Below are positions 55,814-64,000 of a DNA stretch of 64,000 nt, one piece after another (the stretch's first letter is position 1; the number at the start of each line of letters is the position of its first letter). The position numbers were made by a program, and so were the translations under genes. The DNA comes from Candidatus Saccharibacteria bacterium RIFCSPHIGHO2_12_FULL_41_12 (GTDB lineage Bacteria; Patescibacteriota; Saccharimonadia; Saccharimonadales; 2-12-FULL-41-12). The stretch is from assembly GCA_001790445.1 (NCBI GenBank), contig MGCQ01000009.1, positions 81,491 through 145,490 of the forward strand. Direction: 5' to 3'. The notes beneath the pieces were generated by a model. The model searched no databases, had not been told where the DNA came from, and saw nothing but the letters and a program-made list of their open reading frames with translations.

Positions 55814-55890
55814 TGGCGCCCCGAGTAGGACTCGAACCTACGACCTTGAGCTTAGAAGTCTCCTGCTCTATCCATCTGAGCTACCAGGGC
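55814..55890 (-). tRNA. tRNA-Arg (anticodon TCT), CCA encoded; anticodon stem has terminal G·A and A·G mismatches
   Basis: Reverse complement: gccctgg ta gctc agatggata gagc a ggaga cttctaa gctca aggtc gtagg ttcgagt cctac tcggggc g cca. Confidence 0.7.
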
Positions 55891-55914
55891 ACACTGTTAT
55901 TAATTTTAACTTAT

Positions 55915-56229
55915 TTATTGCCATATGCCATTTATTAGTTTTTCTTTTTTCACTTTAGACCATTTTTTGATTTGTATTTCTCTTTTTCTAGCTTCTGATT
56001 TATTTGCAAAAACGGGAGAAATGTAGACTAGTGTAAATGATTTTTGATCAATCGCTAATTTAGCACCTTTTCCATTGTTATGCTTTGTAAGTCTAGCCTC
56101 TGGATCAGGAGAAATACCTACATAATAGTGATTATGAAATGATATACAAATGTAAACGTACCAGGGCTTATTATTACTTGGCCCTTCGACAAGCTCAGGG
56201 TCATTCTCCTCTTTAATGCTTTTCATCAA
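55915..56229 (-). CDS. GIY-YIG nuclease superfamily protein (COG2827-like)
   Basis: WYVYICISFHNHYYVGISPDPEARLTKHNNGKGAKL...FTLVY...KSEARKREIQIKKWS matches the GIY-YIG / URI domain. Confidence 0.7.
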   Translation of the reverse strand: MMKSIKEENDPELVEGPSNNKPWYVYICISFHNHYYVGISPDPEARLTKHNNGKGAKLAIDQKSFTLVYISPVFANKSEARKREIQIKKWSKVKKEKLINGIWQ

Positions 56230-56250
56230 AATTTCTTCATTTCAATTTCT

Positions 56251-56304
56251 ATTGAATGGTTCACCATGAGCGAGCACATTGAATGGTTCACCATGAGCGA
56301 GCAC
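56251..56304. repeat. Exact 27-nt tandem duplication (attgaatggttcaccatgagcgagcac x2) abutting the 3' end of tRNA-Gly
   Basis: Copies at 56251-56277 and 56278-56304. A third partial copy (gcgagtcgaatggtg) runs into the tRNA 3' end. Confidence 0.75.
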
Positions 56305-56315
56305 AGCGAGTCGAA

Positions 56316-56390
56316 TGGTGCGGGTGGAGAGAATCGAACTCTCATCGCCTGCTTGGAAGGCAGGAATATTAGCCGTTATACGACACCCGC
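56316..56390 (-). tRNA. tRNA-Gly (anticodon TCC), CCA encoded
   Basis: Reverse complement: gcgggtg...anticodon stem cctgc/gcagg, loop cttccaa; T-arm gagag-ttcgatt-ctctc; cacccgc-a-cca. Confidence 0.8.
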
Positions 56391-56441
56391 GGATATATTA
56401 TCTTGGCGCTTGAAAAGTATAGCACAACGGAGGTGAAATTG

Positions 56442-57962
56442 CTAGATTTCGCTGAGGACGGTGATTTTTGCACCGAGTGAGTTAAGCCTTTTGGCGATAT
56501 CTTCGTAACCTCTATTGATAGTGTAGACATTTCTAAGTGTGCTTATGCCGTCAGCTGCTAACATCCCGATTAGTAATAAACTAGCAGGGCGGAGTGCAGG
56601 AGGACAACTAACGTCACCGTTTTCCCATTTGGTAGGTCCGGTGATAAATAGTCGGTGTGGGTCTGCAAGTTCTATGTGCGCGCCAATTTTGGTTAACTCA
56701 GTATAATAAATGGCTCTGTTTTCAAACATCCAGTCGTGGATCAGTGTTCGCCCTTTTGCCGTTGCACATATAGGCACAAAATATGGGATGTTATCTGGGT
56801 TAAGCCCAGGCCAAAGATTAGGGTGAATTTTTTCAATAGGAGAATGCAGGTTGCCATTGTGTTTCTCAATTTTTAGGTCGGCCAGTTCTGTAACTGCGTC
56901 GTCGCTGGGATAAGGTTCACTAACTTTACATTTTAATCCCATTTTTTGGAGTTTCAACAGTTCGAGACCGATCCAGTGTATGGGGGTACGTTTAATTGTG
57001 ATGCTTGAATTGGTAGTTACAGCTGCAGAGATGAAAAACATCGCCTCGATAGGGTCTTCTGTCGGGCTAAAAGAAATATTTTTCTTCGCCCCTGAGACAC
57101 CGGTTACTGTTAATACCGGCGATCCAACCCCGTCAATTTTTACCCCTAATCTTTTTAAAAATGCGCACAGATCCTGAACCATATAATCCGCACTTGCTCC
57201 CTGAATAACAGTTGGTGTTTCGTCCATCGAAGCTGCCAGAAGTGCATTATTAGTCACTGTGTTGCCGGCTTCGTAAAGAACCACTCGTTTGGCCGACTTA
57301 GGTCTGGAATGAACTCGGTAGTAGTGGTTTCTTGTTTCTATATCGACACCAAATTGTTCAAGTGCATAAAGGTGAGGGGTAACGGTTCTAGCACCCAGCT
57401 TGCAACCGCCGGCATATGGAATTTTAAAGTCTTTGTACTCGTGCATTAACGCGCCAAGAAACATGACTACGCTTCGGGTTTTTTTTGCAGAAGCAATGTT
57501 TATACCATCAAGATCTAATTTTTCTGGTCGCCTAATTTCAACGTCTCCGCCGCTGGTCCATTTGATTTTTACACCAATACTTTCCAAAGTTTCAATAATG
57601 CGATGAACTTCTTCTATTTTAGGGAAACATTTGAACCTGGTGACGCCTTTGTTGAGTAGACTAGCACATAGCAGTGCTACCGCTGCATTCTTACTTTTTT
57701 TTAGAGTAATGCTCCCGGACAGTTGGTGGCCACCTTCTATCCGTAAATTGGTCGCACCGCTGTCAACGTGGAGAATCGGCTTATTTAAAATATCGCTGAT
57801 TTTGCCGATCATGTTGATGCTGAGGTTCTGATTGCCTTTTTCAATGCGGTTGACGGCGCTTTGGCTGGTGCCAAGAGCCTTTGCCAGCTGACTTTGGGTT
57901 AGGCCTCTTTCTTGTCGTACATTCTGGATTAATATACCAATTTTTTCGTTTGTTTTCGGCAT
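56442..57962 (-). CDS. murA: UDP-N-acetylglucosamine 1-carboxyvinyltransferase (MurA) with an N-terminal XRE-type helix-turn-helix domain
   Basis: N-terminal roughly 65 aa: LTQSQLAKALGTSQSAVNRIEKGNQNLS (HTH_3). The remainder is the EPT fold: LSGSITLKKSKNAA..., GGCKLGARTV, and the C-terminal lobe. Confidence 0.8.
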   Translation of the reverse strand: MPKTNEKIGILIQNVRQERGLTQSQLAKALGTSQSAVNRIEKGNQNLSINMIGKISDILNKPILHVDSGATNLRIEGGHQLSGSITLKKSKNAAVALLCASLLNKGVTRFKCFPKIEEVHRIIETLESIGVKIKWTSGGDVEIRRPEKLDLDGINIASAKKTRSVVMFLGALMHEYKDFKIPYAGGCKLGARTVTPHLYALEQFGVDIETRNHYYRVHSRPKSAKRVVLYEAGNTVTNNALLAASMDETPTVIQGASADYMVQDLCAFLKRLGVKIDGVGSPVLTVTGVSGAKKNISFSPTEDPIEAMFFISAAVTTNSSITIKRTPIHWIGLELLKLQKMGLKCKVSEPYPSDDAVTELADLKIEKHNGNLHSPIEKIHPNLWPGLNPDNIPYFVPICATAKGRTLIHDWMFENRAIYYTELTKIGAHIELADPHRLFITGPTKWENGDVSCPPALRPASLLLIGMLAADGISTLRNVYTINRGYEDIAKRLNSLGAKITVLSEI

Positions 57963-58164
57963 GTGTAAGATAGTCTATATCACCAAAAGCATAATTGCAA
58001 GCATACAAGAATCATGCTATCAATTAAATATTTGTCTACTTTTCTATGCGTACGCACGGAAAATTAGACAAATACAGCAATTAGTATCTTCACTTATCAG
58101 TATTTGAATCTATTGGATTAGTAAATTATAAATTTGATGTGTTTTTGTATGTACATTTGAACAG

Positions 58165-59472
58165 ATGGAGTCACCTGAGTTACAATTAAAGCAAATGAAG
58201 AGGGATGATATAATTGACCAATTAATTGTTGAGGAAGTTCGGCGTCAGTCAGAGGGTCTTGAGATGATCCCGAGCGAAAATCACACATCTCAAAACGTGC
58301 TTGATGCGTTGGGTTCAAGATTGACCGACAAATACTCAGAAGGCTACCCCGGCATGCGTTACTACGGCGGTTGTGAAGTTGTAGATAAGGTTGAAAATAT
58401 TGCTCGCGATCGGGCCAAAAAGCTATTTGGCTGTGACCATGCAAATGTTCAACCGTATTCTGGATCACCTGGCAATATGGCGGCTTACTATGCGTTGGTG
58501 GATCCAGGTGACACCGTTATGGGGCTTCATCTTTTTTTTGGTGGGCATATGACCCACGGGCTTAAAGTAAATTTTTCGGGGACTTATTACAGATCAGTCC
58601 AGTATAAAACCGGACAAGATGGCTATTTAGATTATGATGCCATACAGCAGATGGCTACAGAAGAAAAACCAAGGCTACTCGTTGCTGGCGCCACTGCATA
58701 CCCAAGAATTTATGACTGGAAGCGTCTGAGAGAAATTGCTGATAGTGTGGGGGCTTGGTTTTTAGCTGATACTTCGCATATTACTGGCTTGATTGTGGGC
58801 GGGGAGCATCCATCACCCATCGGAATTGCCGATGTTGTTATGACTACTACCCACAAAACGCTCCGCGGACCAAGAGGAGCTATTTTACTTTGCAATGGTA
58901 ATCCATCTACCCCGCTTAAAAAGGTTGAAAGGACAAAGGAAAATCTACCAACGTTACTTGATCGCGCTATAATTCCAGGCTTGCAAGGTGGTCCACATAA
59001 TCATCAAACTGCAGCGATTGCTGTGGCCCTCAGGGAAGCGTCTCAGCCAGAGTTTAAAATATATGCCCGTCAGATAGTCAAAAATGCCAAAAAACTAGCG
59101 GAAAAGCTTCTAAAAAAAGATTATAACCTTGTCACAGGCGGTACTGACAACCACTTGTTGCTTATTGACTTAACAAATAAGGGCGTAATTGGGGCAGAAG
59201 CAGAGACTGCGCTGGGCAAGGCAGGCATAACAGTTAATAAAAACGCGGTGCCGTTTGATCCGCGTTCACCATTTAGTCCGTCAGGAATTCGTCTAGGAAC
59301 ACCAGCGCTCACTACAAGGGGCATGAAGGAACGAGAAATGGAACAAATTGCCGAATGGATTGACCAAGCAATCAGTAATCATTCAAATGACAAAAAACTT
59401 GCCCAAATTAAGGCCGAAGTTAAAGAACTTTCTAGCAAATTCCCGCTCCCAAGTAATCAAAAAAATGGTTAA
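58165..59472 (+). CDS. glyA: Serine hydroxymethyltransferase
   Basis: GYPGMRYYGGCE...TTHKTLRGPRGA contains the PLP-Lys motif. An alternative start is at ATG 58195. Confidence 0.9.
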   Translation: MESPELQLKQMKRDDIIDQLIVEEVRRQSEGLEMIPSENHTSQNVLDALGSRLTDKYSEGYPGMRYYGGCEVVDKVENIARDRAKKLFGCDHANVQPYSGSPGNMAAYYALVDPGDTVMGLHLFFGGHMTHGLKVNFSGTYYRSVQYKTGQDGYLDYDAIQQMATEEKPRLLVAGATAYPRIYDWKRLREIADSVGAWFLADTSHITGLIVGGEHPSPIGIADVVMTTTHKTLRGPRGAILLCNGNPSTPLKKVERTKENLPTLLDRAIIPGLQGGPHNHQTAAIAVALREASQPEFKIYARQIVKNAKKLAEKLLKKDYNLVTGGTDNHLLLIDLTNKGVIGAEAETALGKAGITVNKNAVPFDPRSPFSPSGIRLGTPALTTRGMKEREMEQIAEWIDQAISNHSNDKKLAQIKAEVKELSSKFPLPSNQKNG

Positions 59473-59914
59473 ACATTACGACAGACACAAACTAGTTCCA
59501 GCAGTTTACGCTATTGTCCGTAAGCAAAACCAGATATTATTCATGCGACGTGCGAATACTGGATACATGGATGGTATGTATAGTTTGCCAGCTGGTCATG
59601 TGGAGACTAAGGAAAGCGCTACTGTCTCCATGGTGCGTGAACTAAAAGAAGAAATTGGTATTGATGTTGCAATTGAACATTTAAAATTTGTACATGTAGA
59701 GCACACAGTATCCGACGAGAGGGATCACGAGCGTGTTCACTTTTTCTTTGAAGTTACGCAGTGGATTGGCGAGCCCTATAACGCTGAACCAGATAAATGC
59801 GATCAGCTAAAATGGTTTGACATTAACAATTTACCGACAAACATTGTTCCAGAGGTAATCAGTGTATTGCCTCTAATCAATGATGGCCAATATTATAGTG
59901 AATATAACTTCTGA
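59465..59914 (+). CDS. NUDIX hydrolase
   Basis: Nudix box AGHVETKESATVSMVRELKEEIGIDV. The start at MVKHYDR overlaps the glyA stop; the ORF-track N-extension overlaps glyA. Confidence 0.7.
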   Translation: MVKHYDRHKLVPAVYAIVRKQNQILFMRRANTGYMDGMYSLPAGHVETKESATVSMVRELKEEIGIDVAIEHLKFVHVEHTVSDERDHERVHFFFEVTQWIGEPYNAEPDKCDQLKWFDINNLPTNIVPEVISVLPLINDGQYYSEYNF

Positions 59915-59929
59915 TTCAATCAGATACTT

Positions 59930-60952
59930 TTAGATGATTTCTGGTTCTTGGGTTAACGTTATTTCAAATTTGTTTTTGATTTTATCGACGACTGCATCCC
60001 GAAAGGCTACAAGTTGTGCTGTTGTTGTGGCATGGTCGTTAACTAATATAAGAGGTTGCTTGTCCCAGACGCGCATGCCGGTGTTCTTTTCTACATAGCC
60101 TTTGAGCCCAATAGCTTCGATCAGCCAAGCTGCCGATACTTTAATATTCCCCTCTGGTAATTCCCAATACTTTATTTTGGGGTAATCTTCTTTAATTTCA
60201 CGCAACTGGTCAAGTTCTATTATTGGGTTGGCAAAAAACGAGCCACAATTTGGGTATTGCTTTGGATCCGGGAGCTTATTTGTGCGAATGTTGATGACTT
60301 CTCTACGAATATCTGCAGAAGTCGGCCTTGTTATATTCTGTTTTTTGAGAGCGCTATCTAGTGAGGCGTAAAAAGGGCCTCGGGGCGGATCTTTTGACAG
60401 CGAAAAGGTAATAGAGAAAATAAAAAATCTGCCTTTGTCTTTGCCTTTAAATCTGCTAGTTCTATAGCCAAATTCACAATCAGCGTTTGATAGCGTAATA
60501 AAATCTTTGAGTTCACGGTCATAAGCTTGCAAGGACGTGAGAGTTTGAGATATTTCACCTCCGTAAGCTCCAACATTTTGTATGGGTGTTCCGCCAGCCG
60601 TGCCTGGGATAAGAGATAAATGCTCCAGACCTGACAGTCCAGACTCAACGGTTTTGGCAACTACCTCGTCCCAGTTGTCCCCACTGCCAACGGTAATAAA
60701 TACTTGATTAAGTGATTGATTAACTTCGTAATTTTTGATATTTGAAACTATAACCAGCCCTGGATAACCAGAATCTTGCCAAATGATATTACTACCAATG
60801 CCGATCATAATTGCGTCGATAGATTTGCTGTCGGCAAATTCTACTGCTTCTTTGAGTTCGAACATATCTTTGACTTCGCAATAATAGCGAGCGTTGCCTC
60901 CCAGGCGCATGGTTGAATGCTCTTTTAAGCTAACATTTTCTATTATTTTCAT
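59930..60952 (-). CDS. murB: UDP-N-acetylenolpyruvoylglucosamine reductase
   Basis: FAD-binding N-terminus ...STMRLGGNARYY..., IGIGSNII, and the C-terminal MurB domain. Confidence 0.85.
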   Translation of the reverse strand: MKIIENVSLKEHSTMRLGGNARYYCEVKDMFELKEAVEFADSKSIDAIMIGIGSNIIWQDSGYPGLVIVSNIKNYEVNQSLNQVFITVGSGDNWDEVVAKTVESGLSGLEHLSLIPGTAGGTPIQNVGAYGGEISQTLTSLQAYDRELKDFITLSNADCEFGYRTSRFKGKDKGRFFIFSITFSLSKDPPRGPFYASLDSALKKQNITRPTSADIRREVINIRTNKLPDPKQYPNCGSFFANPIIELDQLREIKEDYPKIKYWELPEGNIKVSAAWLIEAIGLKGYVEKNTGMRVWDKQPLILVNDHATTTAQLVAFRDAVVDKIKNKFEITLTQEPEII

Positions 60953-61026
60953 ATGATAATAGTATAGCGCAAATATTGTAACTTTTTATGCTTGCATGCA
61001 TTAGGCTGAGAGCGTAGCATGTAGCT

Positions 61027-61548
61027 ATGGGTTCTAACAAAAACAACCAAGACCAACCATTCCAAGAACTAGGTGCCCAGATACGATCCCTGCGAGAACA
61101 ATGGGATCAATCTATCAGTGAGTTATCAGGTACGCTGGAACTTGATCCTTCAGTGCTCGTTGCCATAGAATCCGGTAAAACATTGCCCAGCGAAGACATC
61201 CTGGACATGATTATTGAGCACTTTTTGCTAACTGACGAACAAGCAGAAGAAATGCTTAAAACAATTGAAGAATATGACACCAAGACTCAAGAAGCGCTCA
61301 GCAAAGGGTTAGAAGACGCATTGACCAAACAAATGGTGATGCTCATGCCTATTGATAGCAAAGTGGTTTATACCGACAGCATGCAAGCGACAGTCAATCA
61401 GGGCGGGGTAGTCATCCAATTCTCTCAACAAGTTAATGGACAGGCAGTGCCAGTGTCCCGCGTCGGCATGAGCCGTGAACACGCAGAAAAAATGATAGAA
61501 GTACTCAAAGAGACAATCAAATCCTTCGACCAAAACAAAAAATCTTAA
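61027..61548 (+). CDS. XRE-family HTH protein with uncharacterised C-terminal domain
   Basis: LGAQIRSLREQWDQSISELSGTLELDPSVLVAIESGK is an HTH_3 pattern. Confidence 0.45.
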   Translation: MGSNKNNQDQPFQELGAQIRSLREQWDQSISELSGTLELDPSVLVAIESGKTLPSEDILDMIIEHFLLTDEQAEEMLKTIEEYDTKTQEALSKGLEDALTKQMVMLMPIDSKVVYTDSMQATVNQGGVVIQFSQQVNGQAVPVSRVGMSREHAEKMIEVLKETIKSFDQNKKS

Positions 61549-62198
61549 AAATCCTTAAGCATTTGTGGCGTAAAGTCATGAAGAGAGTGAAGAATAATGT
61601 CGGCTGCGGCAAACCGTTTGTTATTTATCATTTTAGGTTCTGGTATGGCTATACACTTCATTTTCGCAGCTTTTGCAGCTAACACCCCATTTACGGAATC
61701 CTCAAAAGCTAGACAGTGATTGGGATGTACGCCGAGTTCCTTAGAGGTGCTGATATACACCGATGGATCAGGTTTGCCAAGGGCCTCATCGTGAGCAGAG
61801 TGGATAACATTTATTTTGTCTGTTATGTCCAACTTTTCTAAAACTGTATTAATAAGCAACATAGATGAAGAAGAAACGATAGCTATCGGTAGCCCGGCAG
61901 CTTCACAGATGGTAATCGCTTCTTGATATCCTGCTTTAGCCGTTCCTTTATCACGAATCAATTTAATGGTCATATCATCTATTTGTTGGCAGATTTCTTG
62001 TCGAGATGGTTTTTGCCAGGGATAGCGTTTGTGCCAATGCCCAACCACTTCGTCGACGCGCATACCCACAGTCTGTGTTGTCATCTGCGATGTCAGTGGC
62101 ACGCCAACTCTATTGAATATCAAAATTTCCGCTTCTTCCCATAAAGGCTCGCTGTCAATTAACAGTCCATCCATGTCAAAGATTACTGCTTTTATCAT
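61545..62198 (-). CDS. HAD-superfamily hydrolase (beta-phosphoglucomutase-like subfamily IA)
   Basis: Motif I VIFDMDGLLIDSE, motif II SSSS, and the C-terminal motif III region. Confidence 0.75.
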   Translation of the reverse strand: MIKAVIFDMDGLLIDSEPLWEEAEILIFNRVGVPLTSQMTTQTVGMRVDEVVGHWHKRYPWQKPSRQEICQQIDDMTIKLIRDKGTAKAGYQEAITICEAAGLPIAIVSSSSMLLINTVLEKLDITDKINVIHSAHDEALGKPDPSVYISTSKELGVHPNHCLAFEDSVNGVLAAKAAKMKCIAIPEPKMINNKRFAAADIILHSLHDFTPQMLKDF

Positions 62199-62280
62199 GC
62201 GATTAGTATAGCAAACAGACAAAAAATAATGTTCACATGGCGTAGAATTGGCACGATATTATTGCTGAGGTTAGAACTAA

Positions 62281-62769
62281 TTATTTCAAATCAATGGTTT
62301 TGAATATTTTGCGTTGATAACCATCACCATCTGGGAAAAGGTCAATGATAGAAACTGACTTAACCCAGACTTTTTGACCAGCCTGGAGTTTGCCTGACTT
62401 TTGAAAAGTGCTATGAGGCAAGTATCCTTCACCTTGGTATTGTGGTTCATTATAAATTGCTTCAGATTTTTCAAGCCAGTTGTAGATTTTCTGATAAAGT
62501 TCCATCAATTCATCAGTTTTCTTAATTTTCATAACGGCAACTTCTTTATTTTTGTCAAACATAGCTTTTTTATGTGCCACTATCAGAAAACGTGATTGAT
62601 CTGACAGAAGACTTGCAAGCTGATTGCTCATCCAGACACCATCGTGGTCAATTTTAAAAACTCCCGCAAGGGTTAAATGCAAAGGGGAAGACGTATAGTA
62701 AAATCTGAAACCTTCAGTAACATTTTCAAATAGCACGATAATTGCCCATTTTTGTGTAAACTTTTCCAT
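62281..62769 (-). CDS. 2H phosphoesterase superfamily protein (LigT / 2'-5' RNA ligase-like)
   Basis: Two H-x-T/S-x motifs (HLTL and HSTF) spaced about 85 aa apart. Confidence 0.45.
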   Translation of the reverse strand: MEKFTQKWAIIVLFENVTEGFRFYYTSSPLHLTLAGVFKIDHDGVWMSNQLASLLSDQSRFLIVAHKKAMFDKNKEVAVMKIKKTDELMELYQKIYNWLEKSEAIYNEPQYQGEGYLPHSTFQKSGKLQAGQKVWVKSVSIIDLFPDGDGYQRKIFKTIDLK

Positions 62770-62874
62770 ATGCTTATCATAACAAAAAAGACTTCACCAA
62801 GATCCTTAATCGTAAGCATGGTACATCCAGTAGGATTCAAAACTGCAATAATGTTATAATTATCAGACTTTCAG

Positions 62875-62951
62875 GCGCCCGTAGCTCAGTGGATTAGAGC
62901 ACTGGTCTTCGGAACCAGGTGTCGCAAGTTCGAATCTTGCCGGGCGTACCA
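62875..62951 (+). tRNA. tRNA-Arg (anticodon TCG), CCA encoded
   Basis: gcgcccg ta gctc agtggatta gagc a ctggt cttcgga accag gtgtc gcaag ttcgaat cttgc cgggcgt a cca. Confidence 0.85.
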
Positions 62952-63132
62952 ATTTGACCTCCAGATCATTTGGCTTTAGGCTAATGCAAGGAAAGCCTTT
63001 GTTTGAGAGATTAGGTGTATTTGAATACAGCTGATCGAACAAATAAAGAAGCTTGACGCAGAAGTAGCCAAAGGGCATAAACAGAATTTCTGGCTCTGCC
63101 AGGAAGCAGGTTTATGCGGCCAAATGATCTGG

Positions 63133-63209
63133 GGGCCAGTAGCTCAGCTGGTTAGAGCACCTGCCTCTTAAGCAGGGTGTCGAGGGTTCGAGCCCCTCCT
63201 GGCCCTCCA
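63133..63209 (+). tRNA. tRNA-Lys (anticodon CTT), CCA encoded
   Basis: gggccag ta gctc agctggtta gagc a cctgc ctcttaa gcagg gtgtc gaggg ttcgagc ccctc ctggccc t cca. Confidence 0.85.
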
Positions 63210-63215
63210 ATACGC

Positions 63216-63941
63216 TTATGCTTTTTTGAGTTTTGCTGCGAAACGAAAGTTACTCCGACTGTATCTAGCATATTCGGCTGGATCAGCTTGATAACCTGAC
63301 TTTTCAACTTTTGGCTCGCTTTGAACTACTAAACTTAAACCTACTTCTCCAAGTAGTCTGCTATTTAGTAATCCCTTTAGGTCATGTATGTATGCTTGAA
63401 TTTCTGTCCCCCAGGGAGTTTTTTGAGTAATCCATTTTCCCATATTAGCAACCCTATCCTCAGATGAGTATGGATTTGAATCAATAATAAACAGTATTCC
63501 TTCGCTAGTAAGTACTCTGCTAGATTCTTCGATAAACTTTTTCAGATCTGTGTCATCCATTTGATGTAAAAGCATATTTGAAACTATTAGATCAAATGAA
63601 TCTGCCTGAAATGGAAGTTTAGATACTCTTCCTTGGAATACGGTTGCTGTTGGATAATTATTAGCATAACTTTCTACCATACCTCGATCTATATCAATGC
63701 CATAAATATTTTCAGCATGCATTCCACTATCTATTAAATGACCAGTTACCCTGCCAGCTCCACAGCCAGCATCTAATACTCTAGGGTTTTGTCCGTAAAT
63801 TTCTCCTAAATATAAGTCGATAGTAGGTCTTTCTAAATATTGCCAAGAAAATGAACCCTCACTAAATGTCACGAATTCTTTGCCTTGTCCATTATTACTC
63901 ATAAAACAATATTGGCTGTAATTCGTTTGTTTTGCAAGCAT
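63216..63941 (-). CDS. Class I SAM-dependent methyltransferase
   Basis: Motif I VLDAGCGAGR and post I/II motifs. A likely start is at MSNNGQG. Confidence 0.75.
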   Translation of the reverse strand: MLAKQTNYSQYCFMSNNGQGKEFVTFSEGSFSWQYLERPTIDLYLGEIYGQNPRVLDAGCGAGRVTGHLIDSGMHAENIYGIDIDRGMVESYANNYPTATVFQGRVSKLPFQADSFDLIVSNMLLHQMDDTDLKKFIEESSRVLTSEGILFIIDSNPYSSEDRVANMGKWITQKTPWGTEIQAYIHDLKGLLNSRLLGEVGLSLVVQSEPKVEKSGYQADPAEYARYSRSNFRFAAKLKKA

Positions 63942-64000
63942 TAGTATCTTGAAAGCAAGTAGATATAGCGTCTACGATGGCCCTCCAAATGAAAACACCT

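Noticed and set aside
58118-58468. 116-aa minus-strand ORF
   Set aside because: Antisense to the glyA 5' region and promoter.
62863-63078. 71-aa minus-strand ORF
   Set aside because: Antisense to tRNA-Arg(TCG) and the inter-tRNA spacer.
1-64000. CRISPR arrays
   Set aside because: No series of regularly spaced direct repeats seen. The only tandem repeats are the 2x27-nt unit at 56251-56304 and the 2x80-nt promoter/hairpin modules at 8409-8550.

Overview
Dense bacterial chromosomal window, mostly housekeeping. Gene content, low GC, compact spacing and frequent overlapping start/stop codons suggest a reduced-genome Gram-positive-like or Patescibacteria/Saccharibacteria-type organism; this identity is inference, not verified. 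Main blocks: (1) a dispersed heat-shock locus hrcA–orf–grpE–orf ... dnaK–NUDIX–cutA ... NYN–dnaJ, with CIRCE-variant operators (GCACTC-N9-GAGTGC) fused to -35 boxes; (2) a recombination/repair block comEC, yebC, ruvC, ruvA, SDR, ruvB, with an IS200/RAYT-like HUH transposase flanked by hairpins inserted between ruvC and ruvA; (3) a minus-strand type IV pilus operon pilB-pilC-pilA | pilM-pilN-pilO-orf98, divergent from recA–(S51 peptidase-like)–GNAT–recX; (4) ino1, a PIF1-like helicase, a lamin-tail-domain surface protein, tsaE/tsaB and rny; (5) prs plus a PRTase, convergent with purF-purN-purD; (6) cell-wall genes murT/gatD, an HTH-MurA fusion and murB; (7) ilvE, glyA, a membrane-anchored Clp/Hsp100-like AAA+ ATPase, and seven tRNAs with associated GIY-YIG and LAGLIDADG-like nuclease ORFs. 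Items flagged for a second look: tandem promoter–hairpin modules upstream of an NYN-nuclease gene inside the dnaK–dnaJ interval; a roughly 600-bp structured non-coding region between gatD and ilvE; an attenuator-like leader upstream of a small Cys/His protein–orf158–ilvE operon; triplicated CIRCE/-35 modules and covarying palindromes upstream of dnaK; the HTH-MurA fusion; and a frameshifted hydrolase. No CRISPR array and no rRNA genes were seen.
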